A DNA stretch of 64,000 nucleotides from Xanthobacteraceae bacterium (GCA_045801465.1 JBJMSU010000065.1:1992-65991), one strand, 5' to 3'. Shown: positions 18,679 through 28,111, counted from the first letter of the stretch. The notes: generated by a model not told the origin, from the letters alone. Made by a program: numbers and translations.

Positions 18679-19515
18679 TTGCCTCAATCGCTCGATGAAG
18701 TCCGTTACGAGCTCGCGCTCGCCAATCGTATGGTCGCCCACGAGGGCGTGCTCGACGCGTTCGGCCATGTCAGCATGCGCCATCCCGGCGATCCCAACCG
18801 TTATTTGCTGTCGCGCTCGCGCTCGCCGGAACTGGTCGAGCCCGGCGACATTCTCGAATTTGATCTCGATTCCGAGCCGGTCGCGCCACCCACCCTGCGG
18901 CTCTACGGCGAGCGTGTCATTCACGGCGAGATCTACAAGGCGCGTCCCGACGTGACCGCGGTGTGCCACCATCACGCGGCAGCCTTCATGCCGTATTGCG
19001 TGTCGGGCGAGGAGGTCGTTCCGGTCTACCACCTCGGCGCGGTGATCGGCGCGAAGGCTCCGTTTTGGGACCAGCGTGACGATTTCGGCGATACCAATCT
19101 CCTGGTGATCGAGCCGGAGGAGGGGGCCTCATTGGCCAAGGCGCTCGGGCCGCATTGGGTGGTGGTGATGCGCCGCCACGGCGCCACGGTCGCCGGCCGA
19201 ACCTTGCAGGAAGTCGTATTCCGCACGATCTATTCCTGCCGCAACGCCGAATACTTGACGCAAGCGAAGCTCATCGGCATCCCGAGCCCGCTCAATCCGC
19301 GCGAGGCCGAGCGCGCCGCCGAGTACAATCTCGCCGCCGGCCCGGTGTCGCGCGCGTGGGAATACTGGAGCATGCGGCTCGCCAAGGCGGGCGGGACGCC
19401 GCCCCGCGCGACGAAATCGACGCGAAGCGGCGCGCGCTCTGGCGCGCGGTCGGCTACCGCGCGAAGCAAATCACCAAGAGGGGCGAAGAAAACTGCGAAG
19501 AAAGGGAGGAGATGA
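18679..19515 (+). CDS. Class II aldolase/adducin-family protein with a basic C-terminal tail
   Basis: The likely start is TTG at 18679, preceded by AGGAGA with a 6-nt spacer. Motifs are GHVSMRHPG, VCHHHAAA and MRRHGATVAG. The tail reads PPRATKSTRSGARSGARSATARSKSPRGAKKTAKKGRR. Confidence 0.8.
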   Translation: MPQSLDEVRYELALANRMVAHEGVLDAFGHVSMRHPGDPNRYLLSRSRSPELVEPGDILEFDLDSEPVAPPTLRLYGERVIHGEIYKARPDVTAVCHHHAAAFMPYCVSGEEVVPVYHLGAVIGAKAPFWDQRDDFGDTNLLVIEPEEGASLAKALGPHWVVVMRRHGATVAGRTLQEVVFRTIYSCRNAEYLTQAKLIGIPSPLNPREAERAAEYNLAAGPVSRAWEYWSMRLAKAGGTPPRATKSTRSGARSGARSATARSKSPRGAKKTAKKGRR

Positions 19516-19535
19516 TGAACCGTCTCGCCAGCTAT

Positions 19536-19662
19536 GTCGGTCCCGCGAAGGCGGGAACCTATGATCACCGACATCGCGATATGTTTTCTGACAGTGGCCA
19601 TGGGTCCCCGCTTCCGCGGCACCCCGCCGCGTCCCGCGGCGGGGACCCCTCGCGGGGACGAC
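19536..19662. repeat. Palindromic intergenic repeat, family A, copy 4 (expanded)
   Basis: The sequence is gtcggtcccgcgaaggcgggaacctatgatcac ... gtggccatgggtccccgcttccgcggc, plus an extra GC hairpin gtcccgcggcgggga and cccctcgcggggacgac. Confidence 0.8.
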
Positions 19663-19673
19663 CCGGCGTCATC

Positions 19674-20633
19674 GTGCGCCACGCGTTCGCGTTTGTGCTC
19701 GCTGTGCCGCTTGCATGGATTGCGACAAGCGCCGCCGCCGAGGACATGCTCAAGGTCGCGATCGGCCAGATCAACAACTGGGAGAACCAGGCGCCGACGC
19801 TCGGCCAGGATGCCGGCATTTTCAAGCAACGCGGGCTGGTGCTGGAGAACGTCGGCACGGCTGGCGCCGGCGAAACGCTGCAGCCGGTGATTTCCGGCAG
19901 CGCGGACATCGGCGCCGGCGTCGGCGTTGCCGGCGTCATGCGCGCGTTCTCGCGCGGCGCCCCGGTCCGCATCCTGCTTCCGGCTTTCACCGGGACGCAG
20001 GATCTCTACTGGTACGTCAAGGCGGATTCCCCGATCAAAAGCCTCAAGGATGCGACGGCGAGCAACACCATCGCCTATTCGACCAGCGGCTCGAGCTCGA
20101 ACAACCTCGTCGTGGCCTTCGTGGATGAGCTCGGCGCCAAGGCGAAGCCGACTGCGACCGGCAGCCCGCCCGGGACCCTGACGGCGGTGATGAGCGGCCA
20201 GATCGATATCGGCTGGGCGGCGCCGCCGTTCGGGCTCAAGGAGATCGAAGAGGGCAAGATCCGCATCGTCGCGCGCGGCAGCGACGTGCCGTCGCTGCGC
20301 GACCAGACCGTGCGCGTCCTGATCGTCAATGCCGATGCCTTGAAGAGCAAGCACGACGCGATCACGCGGTTCGTCGAGGGCTACCGCGAGGCGGTCGACT
20401 GGATGTATTCCGATCCCAAGGCGATCAAGATGTACGCCGACAAGATCAAGAGCAGCGAGGACCTGATCAAGAAGTCGATCCGCGAGTTCCATCCCAAGGA
20501 GGCGATGCAGACCGACGAGATGAAGGACCTCGACGGCATTCAGCGCGACGCGGTCAAGCTCAAGTTCATCGACAAGCCGCTCACAAAGGAGCAGCTCGCC
20601 GAGTTCTTCCAGATTCCGCCGCGCAAGAAGTAG
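19674..20633 (+). CDS. ABC-type periplasmic substrate-binding protein, NMT1/THI5-like (paralogue of 7903..8910)
   Basis: An in-frame GTG at 19674 gives the signal VRHAFAFVLAVPLAWIATSAAAED. The longer ORF from 19155 would cross a family A repeat and overlap the aldolase gene. Confidence 0.75.
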   Translation: MRHAFAFVLAVPLAWIATSAAAEDMLKVAIGQINNWENQAPTLGQDAGIFKQRGLVLENVGTAGAGETLQPVISGSADIGAGVGVAGVMRAFSRGAPVRILLPAFTGTQDLYWYVKADSPIKSLKDATASNTIAYSTSGSSSNNLVVAFVDELGAKAKPTATGSPPGTLTAVMSGQIDIGWAAPPFGLKEIEEGKIRIVARGSDVPSLRDQTVRVLIVNADALKSKHDAITRFVEGYREAVDWMYSDPKAIKMYADKIKSSEDLIKKSIREFHPKEAMQTDEMKDLDGIQRDAVKLKFIDKPLTKEQLAEFFQIPPRKK

Positions 20634-20652
20634 GCGTGATTGCCTCTCGAGT

Positions 20653-20795
20653 GTCATCCCGGCCGAGCGCCGAAAGGCGCGAGAGCCGGGACCCCAGGGT
20701 TCGCTGTGGTGAATTGTACTGCGGCCGCGCTTAATCTGTGATGCCGGGATACCTTGGTCCCGGATCGGCTCGCGTTGCGAGCCGTCCGGGATGAC
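20653..20795. repeat. MITE-like palindromic repeat, family B, copy 1 (inverted relative to copies 2 and 3)
   Basis: The termini are gtcatcccggccgagcgcc...gagagccgggacccc and ggtcccggatcggctcgcg..gcgagccgtccgggatgac. These are reverse complements of the ends of the elements at 26064 and 56183. Confidence 0.75.
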
Positions 20796-20813
20796 GAGCG
20801 CGCCTTTGCCACC

Positions 20814-21710
20814 CTACAGCACGTCCTTTGCCGCCGCGCTGACGGCGCCGAGCAGGACGGTGCCGCCCTCCCTGAGTGTGCTGCGGACTTTCTCCTGTTT
20901 TCCGATGCGGCCCATTTGGCGCTGGCGCTCGGCGGTCGCCGAGGCCATGAGCGGCGCGACGCCGAGCTCGCGCAACGTATCGGCCACTTCCTCCATCTCG
21001 GCGCCGCGGCGGGCGCCGTGGCTGGCCATGCGCTCGAGATTGTATTCGATGGTCCGGTTCCAATCGAGGGCAGGAAAGCTCTTGGCGAGCGAGGCGATCA
21101 CCTCGTCGGTGACGCCGGCGCGCGCGGCGGCGACGAAGCATTCATAGGTGAGGGCTTCCATTCCTTTGACCATCACGCTGCGCACCATCTTGATCGCCGC
21201 CGCGGCGCCGATCTCAACGCCCGCGCATGTCGCCTTCATCCCGAGCTCGTGCAGCAGCGGCTCGACTGTTTCGGCATGCGGTCCGGCGAGCAGCATCGGC
21301 GTCTGGTGGCGCGCGGGATGCACCGGCGCCATCACGGCCACGTCCACGTAGCGGGCGGCGGCAAGCTCTCTCGCCGTCTCCTGCTTGCGTCCGGGCGAAA
21401 CCGAATTGATGTCGAGAAAAAACTGGCCGGTCAGGTGCGGCGCGACCGACCGGGCGGCCTCGAGGCTTGCTGCCGCCGTGACGGCGGATACCACGACGTC
21501 GCTCGAGCGCACGGCGTCGGCGGCCGAGGCGGCGAGGCGCACGCCGATCCCTGCACCGGCTTGCCGCAGCCGCTCGCCCTCCGGCCCGGGAAATAGGATG
21601 TCCCAGGCCGATATGCTTGTGGTGCCGGCCTCGCGCAGCCCGGAAGCAATGGCCTGGCCGGCCTCCCCGAAACCGATGAAGCAGATGCGAACCGCGTTCG
21701 TTGGCGTCAT
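20814..21710 (-). CDS. NAD(P)-binding oxidoreductase (6-phosphogluconate-dehydrogenase-like N-terminus, DUF1932-type C-terminus)
   Basis: The Rossmann N-terminus is VRICFIGFGEAGQAIASGL. The 298-aa ORF has normal composition. Confidence 0.75.
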   Translation of the reverse strand: MTPTNAVRICFIGFGEAGQAIASGLREAGTTSISAWDILFPGPEGERLRQAGAGIGVRLAASAADAVRSSDVVVSAVTAAASLEAARSVAPHLTGQFFLDINSVSPGRKQETARELAAARYVDVAVMAPVHPARHQTPMLLAGPHAETVEPLLHELGMKATCAGVEIGAAAAIKMVRSVMVKGMEALTYECFVAAARAGVTDEVIASLAKSFPALDWNRTIEYNLERMASHGARRGAEMEEVADTLRELGVAPLMASATAERQRQMGRIGKQEKVRSTLREGGTVLLGAVSAAAKDVL

Positions 21711-21719
21711 GGCTGATCC

Positions 21720-22130
21720 TCAGGGTAAAGCGTGCAGCTTTGCCTGGACGCGTTGATCGAAACGCGCCACGTTGACCACCACGCGCGTGTGCGTCCCGTC
21801 GCCGACGCGTTCCCTTTCGTCGTGCGCTTCGACGCGGAACTCGAGTATCCGGCCGTCGATTTTCGTCAATTCGGCCGTCGCGCGCACCCGCATCCGTATC
21901 GGCGTGGCGGCGTAGTGACCGACGTCCAGACGGGTGCCGAGACTTTGGTGTCCGGGCGGCAAGAGATGCTCGACGGCGGCCAGTGCGGCAGCTTCCATGA
22001 GGTTGATCATCACCGGCGTGGCCAGCACGTGGACGCGTCCACTGCCAACGCGCGGCGCGGTGTGCTCCTCGCCGACCACCAGTTCGGCCGAGCCGGTCAA
22101 ACCGACCGTCAATGTCGACAAATCCACCAT
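21720..22130 (-). CDS. Hot-dog-fold thioesterase (FlK-like)
   Basis: Start at MVDLSTLTVGLTG (ATG at 22128-22130). VLATPVMINLMEAAAL is typical of this small thioesterase family. It ends 9 nt upstream of the next gene. Confidence 0.75.
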   Translation of the reverse strand: MVDLSTLTVGLTGSAELVVGEEHTAPRVGSGRVHVLATPVMINLMEAAALAAVEHLLPPGHQSLGTRLDVGHYAATPIRMRVRATAELTKIDGRILEFRVEAHDERERVGDGTHTRVVVNVARFDQRVQAKLHALP

Positions 22131-22332
22131 CGTTCCAACGATCCCGCGGGACCAGCTCATCGCGACGGTGAGGGACTTGGTCCTATGCACCCGTTCCATG
22201 CGACAAATTGCTGATTAACCATGCGGTTTTTACGGTGCCCAAGTTTCGCGCTGGCGTGTTATTCACTTATCACATCAGCCGTCTCGTAAGCGAGGCGGCG
22301 GGCAGGAAACACCCAAGCGAGAGGACGCCTTC

Positions 22333-23337
22333 ATGAAGCACTGGATCTTTGCAGGAGCCGCCATTGCCGCGCTGGCCCTGGTCGGCCCGGGCCAAGCCCA
22401 GCAGCCTATCGTGATCAAATTCAGCCACGTGGTGGCGCAGGATACCCCCAAGGGCAAGGGGGCGCTCAGGTTCCAGGAGCTTGCCGAGAAGTACACGAAC
22501 GGCAAAGCCAAGGTGGAGGTCTATCCCAACTCCACGCTCTACAAGGACAAGGAGGAGCTGGAGGCGCTTCAGCTCGGCGCCGTGCAGATGCTGGCGCCGT
22601 CGAACTCCAAGTTCGGCCCGATCGGCGTCAAGGAATTCGAAGTGTTCGACCTGCCGTTCGTCTTGCCCGACAAGGTGGCGCTGCGGCGTGTCACCGACGG
22701 CGCCCTCGGCAAGCGGCTGCTCAAGCTGCTCGAGCCCAAGGGCATGGTCGGCATCGCCTATTGGGACAATGGCTTCAAGCAGATGAGCGCCAACAAGCCG
22801 CTGCGCGAGCCCGAGGATTTCCGCGGCCTCAAGTTCCGCATCCAGTCCTCGAAAGTGCTGGAGGCGCAGATGCGGGCGCTCGGCGCCATTCCGCAGATCA
22901 TGGCCTTCTCGGAAGTGTATCAGGCGCTGCAGACCGGCGTCGTCGACGGCCAGGAGAACACGGCGTCCAACATGTACACCCAGAAAATGCATGAGGTGCA
23001 GAAGTACACGACACTGTCCGATCACGGCTACATCGGTTACGTCGTGGTCGTGAACAAGAGGTTCTGGGACGGGCTGCCGGGCGACGTCCGTACCAGCCTG
23101 CAACGCGCCATGGACGAGGCGACGACATACGCCAACGAGATCTCGCAGAAGGAGAACGACGAGGCGCTGGACGACATGAAGAAGTCCGGCAAGACGCAGT
23201 TCATCGAGCTTAACCCCGACCAGAAGGCGCGCTGGAAGAAGGCGATGATGCCGGTCTACAGTGAGATGGGCTCGCGCGTCGGCAAGAATCTGATCGACGA
23301 TTTCGAAAAGGTCATCAAGGCGACGGGCACCAACTGA
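22333..23337 (+). CDS. dctP: TRAP transporter solute-binding protein (DctP family)
   Basis: The signal is MKHWIFAGAAIAALALVGPGQAQ. Motifs include QPIVIKFSHVVAQDTPKG, AYWDNGFKQM and FRGLKFRIQSS. No dctQ or dctM follows. Confidence 0.88.
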   Translation: MKHWIFAGAAIAALALVGPGQAQQPIVIKFSHVVAQDTPKGKGALRFQELAEKYTNGKAKVEVYPNSTLYKDKEELEALQLGAVQMLAPSNSKFGPIGVKEFEVFDLPFVLPDKVALRRVTDGALGKRLLKLLEPKGMVGIAYWDNGFKQMSANKPLREPEDFRGLKFRIQSSKVLEAQMRALGAIPQIMAFSEVYQALQTGVVDGQENTASNMYTQKMHEVQKYTTLSDHGYIGYVVVVNKRFWDGLPGDVRTSLQRAMDEATTYANEISQKENDEALDDMKKSGKTQFIELNPDQKARWKKAMMPVYSEMGSRVGKNLIDDFEKVIKATGTN

Positions 23338-23368
23338 TCGTGCTTCCGCCGCTGGCGTCAAATGAATC

Positions 23369-23398
23369 AAGGCGGCCTGCACGGCCGCCTTGTCTTTA
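23369..23398 (+). terminator. Candidate intrinsic terminator after dctP
   Basis: A 9-bp stem, aaggcggcc / ggccgcctt, has the loop tgcac and is followed by gtcttta. Confidence 0.6.
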
Positions 23399-23402
23399 GA
23401 AG

Positions 23403-24704
23403 ATGACGAGACCCAAAGTCCGCGATCGGCTCGAACAGGCGCTCGACCGCATCGGCGATCCGGGCGGGGAAGGCGCGCGCGCGTGCCTCACGGTCTATCG
23501 CGAGGCGGCGCGCGCCGCTGCCGATGCCGCCGATGCGCGATCCGCCGCCGGCGTGACGCTCGGGCCCCTCGACGGGGTGATCGTCAGCATCAAGGACCTG
23601 TTCGATATTGCCGGCGAGGTGACGCGGGCAGGGTCCAAAGTGCTGGCCGATGAAGGGATAGCGGCAGCCGCCGACGCGCCGGTGGTGCAGCGCTTGCGCG
23701 CTGCCGGCGTGGTGATCGTCGCCAAGACCAATATGACGGAGTTTGCCTTCTCCGGGGTCGGCGCCAACCCGCATTTCGGCACGCCCGGCAACCCGGCCGA
23801 CCGCGCGCGCGTGCCCGGCGGCTCGACTTCGGGCGGAGCGGTGGCGGTGGCCGACCGCATGTGCGACATCGCGATCGGGACCGACACCGGCGGTTCGACG
23901 CGGATTCCAGCGGCGTTGTGCGGCATCGTCGGGTTCAAGCCGAGCAAGCGGCGGATCCCAACCGACGGAGCTTTCCCGCTCTCCTATACGCTCGATTCCG
24001 TCGGGCCGATGGCGCGCACGGTCGCCGATTGCGCCTTGGCCGATGCCGCCATGGCGGGAGAACCGCCGTGGCCGCCCGATCCGGCACCGCTCGCCGGGCT
24101 GCGGCTCGGTATCGCCCAGGGCCTGCCGCTCGAGGAGCTCGACGAAACCGTCGCGGCGCAGTTCACCGCCGCCTTGACCGGCTTGGCCAAGGCCGGCGCA
24201 CGGCTCTCGCACGAGACGCTCCCACCCTTGGACGCCGTGCGGAACGCCAACCTGAAGGGCGGATTTGCGCCGGCGGAGGCCTATGCGATCCATCGCGAAC
24301 GCCTGCATTCCCACCGCGACGGTATCGATGCCAACGTGCGCGGCCGCATCGAGCGTGGGCGCGAGATGACGGCTGCCGACTACGTCGAGCTCGTCCAGCT
24401 GCGCGTCCGGCTGGTGCAGGCCATGGATGTAAGCCTTGCGGATCTCGACGCGCTGGTCATGCCGACGACGCCGATCGTCGCGCCCAAGATGAGCGAGGTT
24501 GCCGATCCGGACATCTTCAAGGCGAGAAATTTCCTGCTCCTGCGCAACACGGGTCTCGCCAACTTCTTCGATTTGTGCGCGATCTCGCTGCCGCTTCCGC
24601 GCACGACTGGCCTGCCGGTCGGCTTGATGCTGATCGCCCGCAATGGGCATGATCGGCGGCTGTTCCGCATCGCGGCGGCGGTCGAGAAAGTCCTGTCGGG
24701 CTGA
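23403..24704 (+). CDS. Amidase-signature (AS) family amidase
   Basis: The AS motif is GGSTSGGAVAVADRMCDIAIGTDTGGSTRIPAALCGIVGFKPS. Confidence 0.9.
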   Translation: MTRPKVRDRLEQALDRIGDPGGEGARACLTVYREAARAAADAADARSAAGVTLGPLDGVIVSIKDLFDIAGEVTRAGSKVLADEGIAAAADAPVVQRLRAAGVVIVAKTNMTEFAFSGVGANPHFGTPGNPADRARVPGGSTSGGAVAVADRMCDIAIGTDTGGSTRIPAALCGIVGFKPSKRRIPTDGAFPLSYTLDSVGPMARTVADCALADAAMAGEPPWPPDPAPLAGLRLGIAQGLPLEELDETVAAQFTAALTGLAKAGARLSHETLPPLDAVRNANLKGGFAPAEAYAIHRERLHSHRDGIDANVRGRIERGREMTAADYVELVQLRVRLVQAMDVSLADLDALVMPTTPIVAPKMSEVADPDIFKARNFLLLRNTGLANFFDLCAISLPLPRTTGLPVGLMLIARNGHDRRLFRIAAAVEKVLSG

Positions 24705-24773
24705 TGCGGATCTGCTTGCGCGATGGCGCCTCGCGCTCCTACCATCCGGCGTGAATCCACGGGGAGCACTGCC

Positions 24774-26006
24774 ATGTCGAACTCGCGTCGCACATCGCTC
24801 ACGCGCCGTCGTTTGCTCCGCGGAGCCGCGGCCGCCACTTCGCTCGTGGCGACGCCGGCGCTCGTCCGCGCTCAGGGAGGCCCTGTCAAGGTCGGCGTCC
24901 TCCTGCCGCGGTCCGGCGCTCAGGCAGGTATCGGGCAGGATTGCCACCGCGGGGTCGAGATTGCGCCGGCGATCTTCAAGGAATTAGGCCTGCCGGAGCT
25001 CGCGATCATGAACGGCGACACCGAAACCAATGTGGAGGTAGCGCGCGCCCGGGCCGAGAAGATGATCAACGACGGGGCGCAGCTGCTGATCGGTGCCTTC
25101 GATTCCGGACAAAGCTCGGCGATCGCGCAAGTGGCCGAGCAGAAGGGGATTCCGTTCGTCATCAACATCGCCGCCGCCCCGCCCATCACCGAGCAGGGCT
25201 ACAAATTCGTGTTCCGCAATTTCCCGACGGCGCCAATGATTCTCGGCGACGCGTTCGCCAATCAGAAAGAGTTGTTCGAAACGGCCGGCGCCGCGCCGAA
25301 GTCGGTCGTGTTCATGCACGTGAACGACACGTTCGGCACCTCGATGGCGCAGGGTATCGGCAATATCCTGCCGAAATTCGACATGCCGTACAAGATCGCC
25401 GAGACGATTTCCTACGACCCGACCGCACGCGACCTGTCGGTCGAGATAGCCAAGGCCAAGGCGACAGGCGCCGAGGCGCTGCTCCTGGTCAGCCGCCTCA
25501 ACGACGCGATCCTGTTAACCCGCGAGCTGCTGAAGCAGCGCTGGTCGCCCATGGCGGTGCTCAGCATGGGCCCGGGTTGGTATGAGGACCAGTATCTCAA
25601 GACACTGGGCAAGCTGGCCGATGGTCCCATGAGTTTCGTGCCGTGGTACGACCCCAACAAGAAGCTCAGCAAGTCGCTCGAGGCGGCCTTGGCGAAGGCC
25701 CATCCCGGCGTCAACCTCAATACCAACCACATCTATACGTTCGAGGCATTGCTGGTTGCCGCCGACGCCTACAAGCGGGCTGGCTCCAGCGACCCCAAGG
25801 CGCTCGCCGACGCCATCCGCAAGACCAACATCACCGACAACGTCAGCATCGGCCCGGGCATTCAGTTCAACGACAAGGGCCAGAACGACAAGCTGAAGAA
25901 TGCCGCCATCCAGAATCGCGGCGGCAAGCTCCTGACGGTTGCCCCCAAGACGGCGTCCAACGCCAAGCCCGAGTTGCCGATGACGCCATACGATCGGCGC
26001 GGCTGA
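24774..26006 (+). CDS. Branched-chain amino-acid/amide-type ABC substrate-binding protein (LivK-like) with a Tat-like signal
   Basis: The ATG at 24774 follows GGGGAG. The signal reads MSNSRRTSLTRRRLLRGAAAATSLVATPALVRAQ. A periplasmic-binding-protein type 1 body follows. Confidence 0.85.
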   Translation: MSNSRRTSLTRRRLLRGAAAATSLVATPALVRAQGGPVKVGVLLPRSGAQAGIGQDCHRGVEIAPAIFKELGLPELAIMNGDTETNVEVARARAEKMINDGAQLLIGAFDSGQSSAIAQVAEQKGIPFVINIAAAPPITEQGYKFVFRNFPTAPMILGDAFANQKELFETAGAAPKSVVFMHVNDTFGTSMAQGIGNILPKFDMPYKIAETISYDPTARDLSVEIAKAKATGAEALLLVSRLNDAILLTRELLKQRWSPMAVLSMGPGWYEDQYLKTLGKLADGPMSFVPWYDPNKKLSKSLEAALAKAHPGVNLNTNHIYTFEALLVAADAYKRAGSSDPKALADAIRKTNITDNVSIGPGIQFNDKGQNDKLKNAAIQNRGGKLLTVAPKTASNAKPELPMTPYDRRG

Positions 26007-26063
26007 GGCTCATCCCTCCTCGAGGGGAGAGCAGTTGATTTGGTGATCTCGTGCCTTTCGATT

Positions 26064-26197
26064 GTCATCCCGGACGCCCCCGGACTTGATCCGGGGGGAG
26101 CCGATCCGGGATCCAAGGACCCCAGCATCAGAAAACAGGCGCGGCAGGGGTACCTAGGTCCCGGCTCTCGCGCCTCGCGGCGCTCGGCCGGGATGAC
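26064..26197. repeat. MITE-like palindromic repeat, family B, copy 2
   Basis: The sequence is gtcatcccggacgcccccggacttgatccgggg...ggtcccggctctcgcgcctcgcggcgctcggccgggatgac. Confidence 0.8.
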
Positions 26198-26233
26198 AGC
26201 GCAGATGCCGTGTACGTCGATTAGGACCATCAC

Positions 26234-27106
26234 GTGCCCGCAGAGATCTATCTGAACGTCGCCGTCGGCGGTTTGTTGACCGGCCTCGTCTACGGGCTGA
26301 TGGCGCTCGGCCTGTCGGTGATCTTCGGCGTCATGCGCGTGGTCAATTTCGCCCACGGCGAGATGATGACCATCGCCATGTATCTGGCGATCGCGCTGTT
26401 CTCCGCCCTCAAGCTCGACCCGCTGGTGATGATCGCGCCAATCGCGGCCGTGCTGTTCGTGCTCGGCTACGCCTTGCAGGCCGGTCTCATCAATCCGTTC
26501 GTCAACCGACCCGAGCATATGCAATTCATATTGCTGCTGGCGGTGGCGATCATCATCGTCAACGGCTTATTGATCATATTCGGGCCGGACGCCCGCAATG
26601 TGCAGACGTCCTACTCGTTCGACAGCTTTGCCGTCGGCCCGCTGATCATCGATGCTACCAAGTTGTATGCCGGCGGCGCCGCTGTGGCCGTGGCCGCGGC
26701 GTTGTTCATGTTCTTCCGCCACACGCGCTACGGCATTGCGATCCGCGCCTGCGCCGACAACTACACCGGCGCGCTGGTGGTCGGGCTCGACGTGAAGCGT
26801 CTCTATGCGCTCACCTTTGCGCTCGGCGCGGCATGCGTGGGAGCGGCCGGCTCCATGCTGGTGCTGTTCATCGACGTCACCCCGACGCTCGGACCCGCCT
26901 ACACGCTGCTCGCCTTCGTGATCGTCATCACCGGGGGGCTCGGCTCGATGGCGGGAGCGCTCGCGGGCGGCGTACTGATCGGAATGACCGAGGCGCTGGC
27001 CGGATTGCTGTTCACGCCGTCGGCAAAAAGTATGTTCGCGTTCGCGATCCTCGTGCTTGTCCTGCTGTTCAGGCCCCAAGGTCTGTTGGGGAAAAGGCTC
27101 ACATGA
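26234..27106 (+). CDS. livH: Branched-chain amino-acid ABC transporter permease
   Basis: GTG start. This is a 290-aa polytopic protein with motifs VINFAHGE and ACADN. Confidence 0.88.
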   Translation: MPAEIYLNVAVGGLLTGLVYGLMALGLSVIFGVMRVVNFAHGEMMTIAMYLAIALFSALKLDPLVMIAPIAAVLFVLGYALQAGLINPFVNRPEHMQFILLLAVAIIIVNGLLIIFGPDARNVQTSYSFDSFAVGPLIIDATKLYAGGAAVAVAAALFMFFRHTRYGIAIRACADNYTGALVVGLDVKRLYALTFALGAACVGAAGSMLVLFIDVTPTLGPAYTLLAFVIVITGGLGSMAGALAGGVLIGMTEALAGLLFTPSAKSMFAFAILVLVLLFRPQGLLGKRLT

Positions 27107-28110
27107 CGCGGAAGCTTCTCGACGGCGTGCCCCGCCGCGGCGTCGTGGCGCTCGCGACGGTGCTCGCGGTTCTCCTTGCTGCGCCGTTGTTTGCGAACGA
27201 TTACCTGCTGACCGTTCTCATCCTCATTCTCTACTTTGCTTATGCGGGCCAGGCGTGGAACGTCATGTTCGGCTTTGCCGGCCAGCTCTCGCTCGGCCAT
27301 GCGCTGTTCGTCGGTCTTGGCGCCTATGTCAGCGCCGCCCTTTACGTACACTTCGGGGTCGCGCCGTGGATCGGCCTCGGCGCAGCCATTGCGATTGCGG
27401 CCGCATGCGGCGCATCGATCGGCTTTCTCGCTTTCCGCTTCGGGGTTGCCGGCGTGTATTTCGCCATCCTCACCATCGCCTGCGCCGAATTCGCCCGCAT
27501 CGGATTCGATCACTGGAGCTGGCTCGGAGGTTCGGCCGGTTTCTTCCTGCCGGTTGCCAACTACGCGCGCAACGATCTGTGGAACCTGCGCGGCAGCCCC
27601 GCCATGTTCTATTACGTCATGCTGGGGTTGACCGTTGTCGCGCTCATCGCGTGCCGCGTATTGTCGCAGAGCCGCGTCGGCTACTATTGGCGGGCGATCC
27701 GCGAGGACGAACAGGCAGCTCGCACGCTCGGGATCGACACCTTTCGCTACAAAATGTACGCCGCGACGATTTCCGCCGGCATGACGTCGGTCGCGGGCGT
27801 GTTCTTGGCGTTCTATTACAACAATTTGTTCCCCGAACAGGTGTTCCACATTTTGCGCTCGATCGAACTGATCGTGGCGCCGATCATCGGTGGTGCCGGC
27901 ACGCTCATCGGGCCAATCATCGGTGCGGTTCTGCTCACCGGGCTGGCGGAAACCTTGCGCGAGGCGCTTGACCTTCTCGGCTTGGATGTGCCGGGCGCCA
28001 AGCAGGTGTTCTATGGCGTGTGTCTCCTCGTGGTGGTGACGCTCGTTCCCGGCGGCGTATGGCCGCCGCTGGCGCGCGCCTTGCGCCTGACGACGCGACA
28101 CGGTTCGTAA
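27103..28110 (+). CDS. livM: Branched-chain amino-acid ABC transporter permease
   Basis: The ATG at 27103 overlaps the livH stop (ATGA). The polytopic protein carries the motif AIREDEQAARTLGI. Confidence 0.88.
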   Translation: MTRKLLDGVPRRGVVALATVLAVLLAAPLFANDYLLTVLILILYFAYAGQAWNVMFGFAGQLSLGHALFVGLGAYVSAALYVHFGVAPWIGLGAAIAIAAACGASIGFLAFRFGVAGVYFAILTIACAEFARIGFDHWSWLGGSAGFFLPVANYARNDLWNLRGSPAMFYYVMLGLTVVALIACRVLSQSRVGYYWRAIREDEQAARTLGIDTFRYKMYAATISAGMTSVAGVFLAFYYNNLFPEQVFHILRSIELIVAPIIGGAGTLIGPIIGAVLLTGLAETLREALDLLGLDVPGAKQVFYGVCLLVVVTLVPGGVWPPLARALRLTTRHGS

Positions 28111-28111
28111 C

